Origin: an uncultured SAR86 cluster bacterium
GTDB lineage: Bacteria; Pseudomonadota; Gammaproteobacteria; Magnimaribacterales; Magnimaribacteraceae
Assembly (NCBI GenBank): GCA_902594545.1
Contig: CACJMO010000001.1
Coordinates: 21,112-85,111 of the forward strand
Direction: 5' to 3'
Length of the DNA stretch: 64,000 nucleotides
Shown: positions 30,401 to 38,361 of the stretch, in pieces
Layout of the letters: the number at the start of each line of letters is the position of its first letter
Numbering within the stretch: the stretch's first letter is position 1
Translations under genes and position numbers: made by a program
Notes under the pieces: generated by a model
Databases searched by the model: none
What the model saw: the letters and a program-made list of their open reading frames with translations, nothing else
Told to the model about the DNA's origin: nothing

Positions 30401-32265
30401 GTAATATTGCCAGATTCATCAATAGAGAATTTATCGCTACCCTCTCCACTTATTGAATAAGTTACTTCTTGATTCTCAGGATCGGAGATAGTTACTCCTA
30501 CTAAAACAGACCCTACAGATAGGTCTTCTGCATAAGAGTCCTGAATTTCTGTACTTACTGATGGAGCTTCATTGATATCTCTAACCGAGATATTCACAGG
30601 TATTACCACTTCTTCGTCTTCCCTTTGGACTATAAGGCTTAATGAGAAGTTAGTTTTATCTTCATAGTTTGCATTTCCTATGAAGATTAAAGTTCTAGAA
30701 GATGTATCAAATAAAAATGAATCTTTATCATCTCCGTCAATAGTAACTACAACTTCTACGTCATCGTCTTTATTGGTAATAAGGCTTGTTAAATTTATAT
30801 CTGTCTCATTTTCATTTAATTGTATATTTTCATTGCTTAGCAAAGCATCAAAGGGAGCTTCTTCAACGACGGTTTCGGTTGTTTCTACAGCCGCATTATC
30901 TTCAATAGAGGTCTCAGAAGCTTCTTCTGTTTCTTCAGCAGTCTCCTCAACTTCATCAGAGGTTGTATCAATATCTATTTCTGTTTCCACAACATCATCA
31001 GACGTAGAAAGTTCTGAAGGAGCTATATCTGAAGAATTATCTGATACACCAGAAGAATCTAAGGCACTTTCATCTACATCAGGTTGAGGGTCATCATCTA
31101 CTGCTGTAGTTGTATCTGGTTGATCGGAAGTTTGAGCTTTTGACCCAGAGTCAGATGAAATATCTGCTTGTGCAGTGTCATTATCTGTTCTTGATTCTGT
31201 TTCAGTATCAGTATCAGAAGAATTTTCTTGTTGGATTTCATTATTCTGGTCTTGAATATCAGAATTATTATTTTCTTCGGTGGTACTTTCTTCCTGCTCC
31301 ACCGAAACATTCTCATCTAGGGTTGCTTGATCAGGTTCTTGACTTTGCTCCTCAGAATTTTCTTGTTGGATTTCATTATTCTGGCCTTGATTATCAGAAG
31401 TATTGTTTTCTTCGGTGGTACTTTCTTCCTGCTCCTCCGAGGTTTTCTCATCTGGGGTAGATTGTTCAGATTCTTGACTTTGCTCCTCATTAGACTCTTC
31501 TTCCGTAGCTTCCTCTTCGGTTGATTCCTCTTCGGTTGATTCCTCTTCGGTAGACTCCTCTTCGGTAGACTCCTCTTCGGTAGATTCCTCTTCTGAATTT
31601 TCATCGGTTGAATCGCCATCCGACTCTTCATCATTCTCTCTTGCCTCTAGACCTTTCTGAAGTTCTGCAAGAAAAGTTTCACTCAGTTGTTCTGGATCTC
31701 CTACTTCAGCAGTAGGATCTTCAACTGTAACGATAAATCCATTTTCAGTCAGACTGGTTGCAGCTGAACTATTCTGATTCGGGGTCATAGTTAATTCATC
31801 ACCATAAACAAAAGCAGCTGAGGTTGATAAGCCTTGTGTTTGGACAATGGTTATTCCCCCTCTTATTCCAACAGTTGCTGAGTTAGTTCTAATTAATGCA
31901 GGCCTTTTCTTGGTAACCTTCCCACCAACCAACCTTAGCAAGCCCCTGGAAGATACCTCTAAAGAACCCTCTGCGGTCTCAGGGTTGTAAATAAATTTAT
32001 CTAGAGTTACTGAAGAATTAGGACCAATAGAGAAAGATGTGCCGTCTATAAGCAGAAGAGCAGCTCGACCTATAGCATCTGTTTCTAAAGTATGATTTTG
32101 AATTATCTTATATCCAGCCTGTATAAGCCTTCTTTCCTCTGCTAGGGTTAAATCTGTTGTATTTTTATTTACAGCAGAGGCAACACCTATCTCTCCTTCT
32201 GTGAAAACTGCATTAACGTTCATCAATAAGATGAATAATATGGTTTTCTTCAAAACTTTAATCAT
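24445..32265 (-). CDS. Giant (2606 aa) secreted protein: FecR domain, acidic repeat linker, about 12 cadherin-like domains, C-terminal TbpB-like beta-barrel
   Basis: Signal peptide; FecR pattern (TDAIGRAALLLIDGTSFSIGPNS...TNSATVGIRG); repeated LD[YF]E...TVTATDG cadherin motifs; C-terminal IPTSGSA..SG and GALFG...ESGG motifs typical of TbpB/HpuA-like barrels. Confidence 0.8.
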   Translation of the reverse strand: MIKVLKKTILFILLMNVNAVFTEGEIGVASAVNKNTTDLTLAEERRLIQAGYKIIQNHTLETDAIGRAALLLIDGTSFSIGPNSSVTLDKFIYNPETAEGSLEVSSRGLLRLVGGKVTKKRPALIRTNSATVGIRGGITIVQTQGLSTSAAFVYGDELTMTPNQNSSAATSLTENGFIVTVEDPTAEVGDPEQLSETFLAELQKGLEARENDEESDGDSTDENSEEESTEEESTEEESTEEESTEEESTEEEATEEESNEEQSQESEQSTPDEKTSEEQEESTTEENNTSDNQGQNNEIQQENSEEQSQEPDQATLDENVSVEQEESTTEENNNSDIQDQNNEIQQENSSDTDTETESRTDNDTAQADISSDSGSKAQTSDQPDTTTAVDDDPQPDVDESALDSSGVSDNSSDIAPSELSTSDDVVETEIDIDTTSDEVEETAEETEEASETSIEDNAAVETTETVVEEAPFDALLSNENIQLNENETDINLTSLITNKDDDVEVVVTIDGDDKDSFLFDTSSRTLIFIGNANYEDKTNFSLSLIVQREDEEVVIPVNISVRDINEAPSVSTEIQDSYAEDLSVGSVLVGVTISDPENQEVTYSISGEGSDKFSIDESGNITLAESFDFEAKASYTLTVTATDGELSSETEVLINVGDINEAPSLSSTLALTSFSEDSAIGTIIATSSASDPESNAITYSLIGTGSEYFYVDEKGNVTLKNNLDFETDNNYEITLVASDGELTSSSVITFDISDVDEAPSLSSSLKSESFEESIAVGTALATISSIDPESQTITYSLSGTDSENFEIDSEGNITSKVAFDYETQKSYTFNITASDGTNSTTSPLTITLSDVNESPDVKISLQGSEFAENITTGSTIATVAYTDPESDTLTYTLSGTGSDQFSVDDQGVITLKTGLDYETKTSYELTLTSSDGTNSIQTQISFSVTDISELSLSLDATEVTLAENISTGTSVAIASSSDAAGEVTYSITDLDDATLESNIFSIDSQGKITLESALDFESKDSYTLAVSASDGKETKTKQLTITVSDINLSYSGTLESQNQNEDISIGTTIVTSSASNSEGTVSYSLTDDDSKFSIDSSTGEVTLSSALDYETKTSHSFTVTATDGVTTSSETFTLNVGDAGLSLSGALAQSSQQENISTGTSILTSSTSESKGTVSYSITDADNKFSINSSTGEVTLANALDYETKTSHSFTVTATDGVTTSSETFTLNVGDAGLTFTGALAQSSQQENISTGTSILTSSTSESKGIVSYSLTDSNNKFSIDSATGEVTLASALDYESNTSYSFTVTATDGVTTTSETFTLNVTDVDLMVTSSLASENQAETISTGTSILTISTSNAEGTLSYSITDADNKFAINNSTGEVTLANALDYETKTSHSFTVTVTDGTTSSSETFTLNVTDVDLAFSASLASSSQLETISTGTTIVTSSALDSEGTVSYSITDADNKFAINSSTGEVTLANALDYETKTSHSFTVTATDGVTTTSQTFTLTVDNEVINTLAVSLANSGAALAESSSSGTSVGSSSINNPDSDSVSYTLSGTGSSNFAVDSNGNITTNATLDFETAKSYALTLTASGGGTTTTDNFTVNVGNIEELESAVLRYSADYNSVSRSGFSATATRGPSGSSLAAYTLEQVGTTNSTDITSVDDTANNYVPVEINSGTQLNWRYYFPTDISGNGFYSFAPNSEVVDGKYYSPLGTAVTTTIANADFLTAGRLYSAEYWFMTTDKAEAQVSYTSSSGDIGDLLITNHYQGAYNYETFWTQANSAATNPLTASYQHELRNYTFSDLSGYGVVIDGANDAYSRTDDTNYAGNRSAALSFIQQENKVLVFTGENSNWTNKNNSIVTFLETIMSGSDFSWSAGGMPSVDFTYSGFRFQSSASSRGDSQLNCPSGFDTYCFGSFAFFPASMTDSEYKSDVFIWLTVNQQMDSSLDTQIINYANTTFGSPTTSTYNLYEDQVTLAGEVYKDANFLSFTDSNKRVIAMAVIPLENFAASGSSNDYFIPNFIPKTLWSYGDVGHDYCLGIGNNASACNGSYDNYYDFSSTALSSSMIDTSRFNGSDNELPEGQSMWWQVLNPSGIGVGLWAQISLKDSYDGASGSTTRDDQESLLNVVISNVDYRKNDTTRYSAGDTGLGMDGYHYWSYQGATNADNDGLGINYGTSPIECATSNDSGCFWGDSSNQPGGAMITSSDPYKSGNMTLGVNYNSNNDTFSTGSFNISAVVQDVKPSSSSYADYASLSNFRSSDFYSSSATGYSGIFSGILEFDVSGTGNSQLSSIRSSSTLATFTFDTTNDDVQVVAPMTISAAPSNNYTSNWSTVDTGSMTLKFGDTTNDEAKSAYISSEVFGAEIQDDGAQIDGTSGGSNNLAGVMVSYNTLDKEDSDLFHTGGNDSMPNTEYSTWGFWAMSAADITPNSGDQNASVHLGTWVGGELVDQNEIPTSGSASMSGAAAVNVAYRHNQTGTNYDVHKYTTTADVAASFNWGASGYSGTLDFTNFDDKNPIVANAGFASFSVAITGTNNTYTGTSTDSLDNSWLGGAAVAGALFGDSSPTESGGRVNVNLYKSGDTGTAGANDFYMAEGIYLICASGGC
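27440..30850 (-). repeat. Array of about 12 cadherin-like repeats (about 93-100 aa); the central copies have a 279-bp nucleotide period
   Basis: 12 LD[YF]E-type motifs counted; the segment GCATCCCCAACATTTAGCGTGAAGGTCTCAGATGAAGTCGT recurs at 28571 and 28850. Array boundaries are approximate. Confidence 0.85.
31219..31488 (-). repeat. Tandem duplication of a 135-bp (45-aa) acidic segment
   Basis: EEQSQE...NNEIQQENS occurs twice back to back, with visible nucleotide similarity. Confidence 0.88.
31489..31593 (-). repeat. 15-bp coding tandem repeat x7 (EEEST)n
   Basis: TCCTCTTCGGTAGAC-like unit repeated; encodes EEEST x5, EEEAT, EEESN. Confidence 0.92.
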
Positions 32266-33608
32266 GAGTTAGAGTTGTTAAACAAACATACATAGCTAAA
32301 ATCTGCAGTGATCTGTAAGTTCGATTTAGCAAAAATTTCTATTGAACTGTTATTGTCATTTTTAGAGAGTCGATAGCTTTCAAAAAAACAGTTGTCAGAA
32401 GAACTTTTGGAGAATTCAAGCTTCATGGAATTGAGCTTATCTTTTCTTTCTCCAAAAACGGGTAATGGAGAAAAATGAGATTTATTTACATGTGAAAGCG
32501 AGGCCTTAAAGCCCCATCCTTTTCCTAGTACTGAAGTAATATTCAAACCAAATGAATTTGACTGATATGTTTCATAGGAAGCTTTTGCATTGTATTTAGA
32601 GTACTCATATTCTATTTCGGTCAAAATATTTGAATCCGATATATAGGAATTAGAAAGAAAAAGACCATTCATTAAACCACTCTTAAGATCATTAATCAGA
32701 AACTTCCTCTGATCATGGAATCCTCCTATAGCGAAATAAGCACTATCTGAAAGTGCTCCTGTAAATTTTAGGTCATACTTTTGTGAGTTAAGAAGTGATT
32801 TATCTGCTAACAACACAATAAATCCTGTAATTGTCGCATCAAGAGAGGGACGACTGAATATAGAAGTAGGATTTCCTTCAAGATTAAATGTTCTTGTAGC
32901 TGAAGTAACAATTGAGGAGGTGTCAAACTGACTAAAAGTTTCCAGTCTTTGATCAGTAAGAGCAATAAGGTAGTTAACCTTATCCCCTCGAGGGTGGTTG
33001 AGATCCTGATTAAGTGTATAGGTATACCTAATATTTCTTGTAAGATCATTTTTAGGCTTCGAACTATCGGGAACTTCTAAGGCAAAGCCTGCAATTTCAA
33101 TGATATCATCATCTATACCGGAATTTGCGTTACTTGATCTAGTAAGTCCCATACTGAGTATGTGCTGATGTACAAAGTCTCTCTCTGCCTCAACTATCGA
33201 GTCTAAAAAGGAATCTACTTTTTTGAGCACTTCTTCAGGAGCATCGTATTTTTTGACACTATTAAGATAAAGCTTAGCTGAAGGATAAGCATTAAGACGA
33301 AAATACAAAACCCCTAACTCAAGTCGTATTCTTGGAAGATCCGGTTCGTAAATTAGCATTTGCTCGAAAACACTAATAGCAGCCTCTAAATCTCCTAAGA
33401 GAATAGAAAGATTTGCATATTTAAATAGAAAATCTAGATTGGTGGGATCTTCAATCAGCTCAGCAAAGATTTTTTCTCTTTGTAAATTTGTCTCTTCAAT
33501 TAATTTTGGATCTGTAATGGCTGGAGTTACATTTACCGCAACTACAGTTTGAGAGTAAAAGACCCAAACTACAAATAATATAAAAAACTTGCCCTTAAAG
33601 AGTTTCAC
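32262..33608 (-). CDS. TPR + outer-membrane beta-barrel protein (Slam / DUF560 / T11SS-like)
   Basis: Signal peptide; TPR segment EPDLPRIRLELGVLYF; SSNANSG at the barrel start; alternating beta-strands; ATGA overlap with the giant gene. Confidence 0.68.
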   Translation of the reverse strand: MKLFKGKFFILFVVWVFYSQTVVAVNVTPAITDPKLIEETNLQREKIFAELIEDPTNLDFLFKYANLSILLGDLEAAISVFEQMLIYEPDLPRIRLELGVLYFRLNAYPSAKLYLNSVKKYDAPEEVLKKVDSFLDSIVEAERDFVHQHILSMGLTRSSNANSGIDDDIIEIAGFALEVPDSSKPKNDLTRNIRYTYTLNQDLNHPRGDKVNYLIALTDQRLETFSQFDTSSIVTSATRTFNLEGNPTSIFSRPSLDATITGFIVLLADKSLLNSQKYDLKFTGALSDSAYFAIGGFHDQRKFLINDLKSGLMNGLFLSNSYISDSNILTEIEYEYSKYNAKASYETYQSNSFGLNITSVLGKGWGFKASLSHVNKSHFSPLPVFGERKDKLNSMKLEFSKSSSDNCFFESYRLSKNDNNSSIEIFAKSNLQITADFSYVCLFNNSNS

Positions 33609-33698
33609 GCTATTTTTCTAAAGGTTTACCAAAAAAACTGACGAATTATCAAATATTTAATGAAGTAAAGAAAGATAATTCTCCTATTTTCTGATACC

Positions 33699-34352
33699 AT
33701 GTCAGAAAATTTTAAAAAAATGTCAAAAACAAGACAAAGAACTGAAAATAAACTGCTAAAAGCAACAGAAGAATTACTTGATCTTAATGGCTACAAAGAA
33801 CTTGATGTAAAAACCATCACCAACCTCGCAAGGGTTTCTTACGGCACTTTTTACAATTACTTTTCTTCAATTGAAGAGATTCATGAAAGGATTGTTAAAG
33901 AGAAGGTATCTGAGGTGGCCACCCAATTAAGAAACTCTGCACAAGGTATACAAAGTCCACTTAATAGAGCTTTTTTTGGTTGGTACATGTCTCTAAAATT
34001 ATTTTCAAATGACCCTTCTGCGGGCTGGATCATTGAAAGACCTGAAGTAATAAATGAAGTGTGGAAGAATACAGCTGAAGAAATGCAAGAAGGCTTGGTA
34101 ATTGAAGCAATTAAAGGAGGAGAGATTCCCGGTTCGGAGATCGATACATTACTACATTTTAGGAAAGCAAGAGATACAATGAGAGCGGGTTATGTAACCG
34201 TGCTTGAAAAGGTAATAAATGGGCAAACTGCCGAGAAAGCGTTTTATGATTATATGACTACGTTGAATTTATTCAATTTAGAGCCAAAAAAAGTCGAAGC
34301 CATTCTGGATGAAGTTTTAAATGAATCTGCAAAGCTGACTCGGAGCATATAA
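33699..34352 (+). CDS. TetR/AcrR family transcriptional regulator
   Basis: N-terminal HTH GYKELDVKTITNLARVSYGTFYNYF. Confidence 0.88.
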   Translation: MSENFKKMSKTRQRTENKLLKATEELLDLNGYKELDVKTITNLARVSYGTFYNYFSSIEEIHERIVKEKVSEVATQLRNSAQGIQSPLNRAFFGWYMSLKLFSNDPSAGWIIERPEVINEVWKNTAEEMQEGLVIEAIKGGEIPGSEIDTLLHFRKARDTMRAGYVTVLEKVINGQTAEKAFYDYMTTLNLFNLEPKKVEAILDEVLNESAKLTRSI

Positions 34353-34354
34353 CT

Positions 34355-36532
34355 ATGGCTAAATACGGAAAAAATCTATTACTGCCCTTCGCGGTGCTGT
34401 TATCTTTCTTTCCATTATTGGACCCATTAGAAATATTTAGTGATCTTAAGATTACGTCTTTTGATACATTTCAGACTATTTTTCCAAGACCCAAACTTGA
34501 GGAAGATCCCGTTATTATTGTGGATATTGATGATGAGTCTTTGCAAAAAATAGGACAATGGCCTTGGTCAAGAGATGCTCTTGCTAGCCTTACTGATCAA
34601 ACCCAATTGGCTGCGGCTACGGCTTTTGACATAGTATTTGCAGAACCGGATAGAACGGGATCGAGTCAACTACAGCAAATTTATTCCAATGATGAAGCAT
34701 TGGTTGAAATACTTTCTAGGACTATTGATCACGATGATTTATTTGCTCAGTCCATTGCCAACCACGGCACTGTTGTTTTAGGACTGGCTCCAAATAATAA
34801 AACCGAGAGTCAAAACTATCTAGGTAAGCATGGCATGGTCATTCAAGGAGATGATCCAAAACTTTTCGTCCAACCTTATACCGGTATGCAGAATAATCTA
34901 GATAAACTTGAAACTGAGAGCGCAGGTTTGGGCAGTATGAGCATAGGGAATGATGATGTAATTGTAAGAACCCTTCCTAGTTTTGAAAATATAAATGGAT
35001 CCTTAGTGCCTTCCCTTCCATTAGAAATTGTTAGGGTAGCAATTGGAGCATCAACTTATCAAGTGAAGTCTTCAAATGCATCAAGTGAAGAAGCATTTGG
35101 AGAAAATACCGGTATTAATCACGTCAAACTTGGGTCATTGATCATGCCTACAAATGCAGATGGGAGTTTCTGGTTATATCCAACAAAGAGCAATAACCTT
35201 TCTGTGTTGCCTGCATGGCAGGTTATAGAAGGTGTTGTAGATCCTTACTTTTTTGAAGGAAAGGTAGTAATAGTTGGCACGAGTGCTTCTGGATTGTTTG
35301 ACCTTAGATCTAATGCCTTGGAAAAGAATATCCCTGGAGTTTCAATTATTGCTCAGTTTGTTCAACAAATCTTTTCAAACTCCTTCCTAAAGAGACCGGA
35401 TTGGCTTTTGGGACTTGAGTTTCTGATGGGTTTGCTCTTTTCAGTAGTGATAACACTCACCATACAAAAACAAGGACCGATAGGTGGGCTTGTTGCCTTT
35501 GGCATTGGCAATGGATCCATTGTTTATGGAAGTTACTACATTTTCATCAATCATCAATTCTTGGTTGATCCTATCTCCCCAATGGTTATTTGTCTTCTGG
35601 CCTATTTGATCATTACCTTCTTTAATTTTCTATTTACAGAAATGGAAAGAAGTAAAGTTAGAAATGCTTTCTCGCAATACCTAAGCCCTGTCATGGTAGA
35701 AAAACTAGCACAATCAAGTGAGTCTTTGGTTTTAGGTGGAGAGAGAAAAGAAATGACTGTTTTATTTTCCGACATTCGAGGATTTACTGCTATTTCTGAG
35801 AACTATAAAGATAATCCAGAGGGTCTAACTGATCTTATTAATCAATTACTGTCTACGCTAAGTAACGAGATACTAAAAACTGAGGGAACCATCGATAAAT
35901 ATATGGGAGATTGCATCATGGCCTTTTGGAATGCACCCATTGATCAAGAAAATCACAGGGAAAGGGCAATAGAGGCTGCGTTTAATATGCAAATTGCATT
36001 AAGAGAATTAAACGAAGAATTAGGAAAATATGACCAAGATGAAATGGCTATTGGAATAGGAATCAATACTGGAGAATGTATAGTTGGCAACATGGGATCA
36101 GAACAAAGGTTTGATTACACGGTTTTAGGTGATTCGGTTAATTTAGCTTCAAGACTCGAAGGTCAGTCGAATAACTATGGATTTCCTATGATACTGGGAC
36201 AATCATCTGTTGAAGGCTTAGATTCAAATAGAGTGATTGAGCTCGATCTAATCTCTGTAAAAGGTAAGAAAGAGCCTGAAAGGATCTATACCGTCCTTGG
36301 AGAAGACATAGAAATAGGCAATGAAAAAGTATTTTTTGAGGAGCATGCTAAATTTATAGAAATGTATAGAGGCCAAGATTGGAGCCAAGCTAGTATGCAT
36401 ATAGAAAAATACGCAAATAATGTACCCTCCTTTAACCTATACTACGAACTAATTTCAAATAGGATTGAAGAATATATTGAAAATCCACCTCCAAGTGATT
36501 GGGAAGGTGTTTTCGTAGCTAAAACAAAATAG
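34355..36532 (+). CDS. CHASE2-domain class III adenylate/guanylate cyclase
   Basis: CHASE2 motifs IVDIDDESL...GQWPWSR and FDIVFAEPD; 3 TM helices; catalytic FSDIRGFT, DKYMGD, DYTVLGDSVNLASRLEG. Lys and Thr at the specificity positions suggest ATP. Confidence 0.93.
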   Translation: MAKYGKNLLLPFAVLLSFFPLLDPLEIFSDLKITSFDTFQTIFPRPKLEEDPVIIVDIDDESLQKIGQWPWSRDALASLTDQTQLAAATAFDIVFAEPDRTGSSQLQQIYSNDEALVEILSRTIDHDDLFAQSIANHGTVVLGLAPNNKTESQNYLGKHGMVIQGDDPKLFVQPYTGMQNNLDKLETESAGLGSMSIGNDDVIVRTLPSFENINGSLVPSLPLEIVRVAIGASTYQVKSSNASSEEAFGENTGINHVKLGSLIMPTNADGSFWLYPTKSNNLSVLPAWQVIEGVVDPYFFEGKVVIVGTSASGLFDLRSNALEKNIPGVSIIAQFVQQIFSNSFLKRPDWLLGLEFLMGLLFSVVITLTIQKQGPIGGLVAFGIGNGSIVYGSYYIFINHQFLVDPISPMVICLLAYLIITFFNFLFTEMERSKVRNAFSQYLSPVMVEKLAQSSESLVLGGERKEMTVLFSDIRGFTAISENYKDNPEGLTDLINQLLSTLSNEILKTEGTIDKYMGDCIMAFWNAPIDQENHRERAIEAAFNMQIALRELNEELGKYDQDEMAIGIGINTGECIVGNMGSEQRFDYTVLGDSVNLASRLEGQSNNYGFPMILGQSSVEGLDSNRVIELDLISVKGKKEPERIYTVLGEDIEIGNEKVFFEEHAKFIEMYRGQDWSQASMHIEKYANNVPSFNLYYELISNRIEEYIENPPPSDWEGVFVAKTK

Positions 36533-36533
36533 T

Positions 36534-37265
36534 ATGAAAAAAATTTTATTACTCGGATTATTTTTAAATGCTTTCTCTGTTTATGGAGAGGCAATTGTGA
36601 ATATTGAAGATCAAAGAAATGAAGGAGAAGTTGGGTTCTTTTCAAAGATTGGCTTTCAATTGAGCGGCTCTAGGGGAAATGAAGATAGAGACTTCTATTC
36701 TCTCAATCTAAGACTGGATAACAATACAGAAAATATAGAATCTTTTTTGATTGCTCAAACTTCAGAGAGAAAGAAGAATGAAATTAAAACATCTGATTCT
36801 ACATTTGTGCATGGTAGATTAATTTTCTTAAATAAAACTCGTTTCAGTACCGAGTTTTTTGCTCAACATAGTAAAAATCCTTTTAGAAGTTTCCTTCAAA
36901 GAGATGTGATGGGTTTTGGTACAAGAATTAGTCTTGATGAGTCAACCAAGCTAGGTTTTGGTGTTTTAACTGAAGATGAAGAGGACTTACAAGGTATAGA
37001 GACTGATACGGAGAGGCTCTCTATGTACTTTACCGATAAGTATGAGCTAGCTGAAAATATAGACTTACTTCTTACTGCTTATTATCAACCTTCACTTGAT
37101 GAAACGGATGATTACAAAGCAAGTATTTTGACGGGAGTTAATTTCAAGGTAAATGAAAATGTAAGTATTTCACTTCAATTCAGCAGTTTCTATGATTCGA
37201 TACCCCCCGAATTTGCTGATAAACAAGACGAGCAAATATCTACAGAATTTTCTTACTCTTTTTAA
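36534..37265 (+). CDS. DUF481-like outer-membrane beta-barrel protein
   Basis: Signal peptide; SGSRGNED first-strand pattern; amphipathic strands; C-terminal FSYSF BAM signal. Confidence 0.65.
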   Translation: MKKILLLGLFLNAFSVYGEAIVNIEDQRNEGEVGFFSKIGFQLSGSRGNEDRDFYSLNLRLDNNTENIESFLIAQTSERKKNEIKTSDSTFVHGRLIFLNKTRFSTEFFAQHSKNPFRSFLQRDVMGFGTRISLDESTKLGFGVLTEDEEDLQGIETDTERLSMYFTDKYELAENIDLLLTAYYQPSLDETDDYKASILTGVNFKVNENVSISLQFSSFYDSIPPEFADKQDEQISTEFSYSF

Positions 37266-38305
37266 CTATTGATAGCGTCTAACTTAGCTTCAATAGCTTG
37301 GAATAAAACTGGATGTTCATCGAACAGCTCTTCCAGATCCTCTTTCTTAAGTTGCAAGAGCTTCACTTCTTCAAGTGTAGTGATGGTCGCATTTCTGGGA
37401 TTATTATTTATTAAACCCATTTCTCCAAAATAATCACCCGGCTCTAAAACAATTGGATTTTCTAGTTCAACCCGTGCTCTACCCGATTCGATAATGTACA
37501 TAGAATCTGCTTCTTCCCCCTTTTCAAAAACGGCTTCATTTGGAGGCAGTAAAACAGCGTCTAACTTTTCGTTGATCTTACTCAAGGCTTTGATGGGAAG
37601 CTCTTCGAATAAGGGCACTTCTAAAATGGCCTCGAAAGTAACCAGGAAGTTTCTTTTTTGCATTTCTTCATAGTATGCAGAACCTAAGATTGCAGCAGGT
37701 AAAGCAAACATACCTATCCCCAGCAACATAGTGAGTGTTCCCAGTACCTTACCTAGAGGTGTAATAGGATGCACATCTCCATAACCAACGGTAGTCAAAG
37801 TTTCCATTCCCCACCATATTGCCAAAGGTATACTTCCGAATTTATCTGGTTGTGCTTCCCTCTCCACAAAATACATGATGGTAGAAAATAGTAAAAGGAC
37901 AGACAGCACTAAAAAAAGTGAACCTAGTAAGCTATGTCTTTGAACATGAATAGTCTTAAAAAGAGTATTACTAGGAAGCAATATTCTTGTTCTGCTGAAT
38001 ATATCGAAGAATCTAAAGAGTCTAAAAATTCTTAAATCTAGTATTCCAATGAAATAGAAGTTTATTAGCACTAAGCTGTCTACCGTATTAAGAAACCCAA
38101 GCTGCTTTTCGATGAAGAATCTATAAATAAGTTCTCCCAAGAAAATGACCATAGAAACTTGATAGAAAAGATCTCCGTAAGCCAGAATATTCTGGTATTC
38201 CATTAAGTCCATAGAGGAGACTATTTGATGAAGGATATTAAGGAATATCAGTGCCCCAATACATTTTTCAAATAGAGCTCTGGATTTATTCTTTGTGCTT
38301 TCCAT
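37262..38305 (-). CDS. Cyclic-nucleotide-gated potassium channel (MloK1-like)
   Basis: TTVGYGD K+ filter; short S6-CNBD linker YYEEMQKRNF...VPLF; phosphate-binding cassette FGEMGL....RNAT. Confidence 0.9.
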   Translation of the reverse strand: MESTKNKSRALFEKCIGALIFLNILHQIVSSMDLMEYQNILAYGDLFYQVSMVIFLGELIYRFFIEKQLGFLNTVDSLVLINFYFIGILDLRIFRLFRFFDIFSRTRILLPSNTLFKTIHVQRHSLLGSLFLVLSVLLLFSTIMYFVEREAQPDKFGSIPLAIWWGMETLTTVGYGDVHPITPLGKVLGTLTMLLGIGMFALPAAILGSAYYEEMQKRNFLVTFEAILEVPLFEELPIKALSKINEKLDAVLLPPNEAVFEKGEEADSMYIIESGRARVELENPIVLEPGDYFGEMGLINNNPRNATITTLEEVKLLQLKKEDLEELFDEHPVLFQAIEAKLDAINS

Positions 38306-38361
38306 AATATAAATTAATTTATTACGACTTATATAAAGATAAAATTTAACTTTTTAAAAAA

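Noticed and set aside
30182-31634. Repetitive Lys/Arg-rich and Ser-rich alternative-frame ORFs (e.g. KRSLP repeats)
   Set aside because: Frame and antisense shadows of the acidic repeats of the giant gene.
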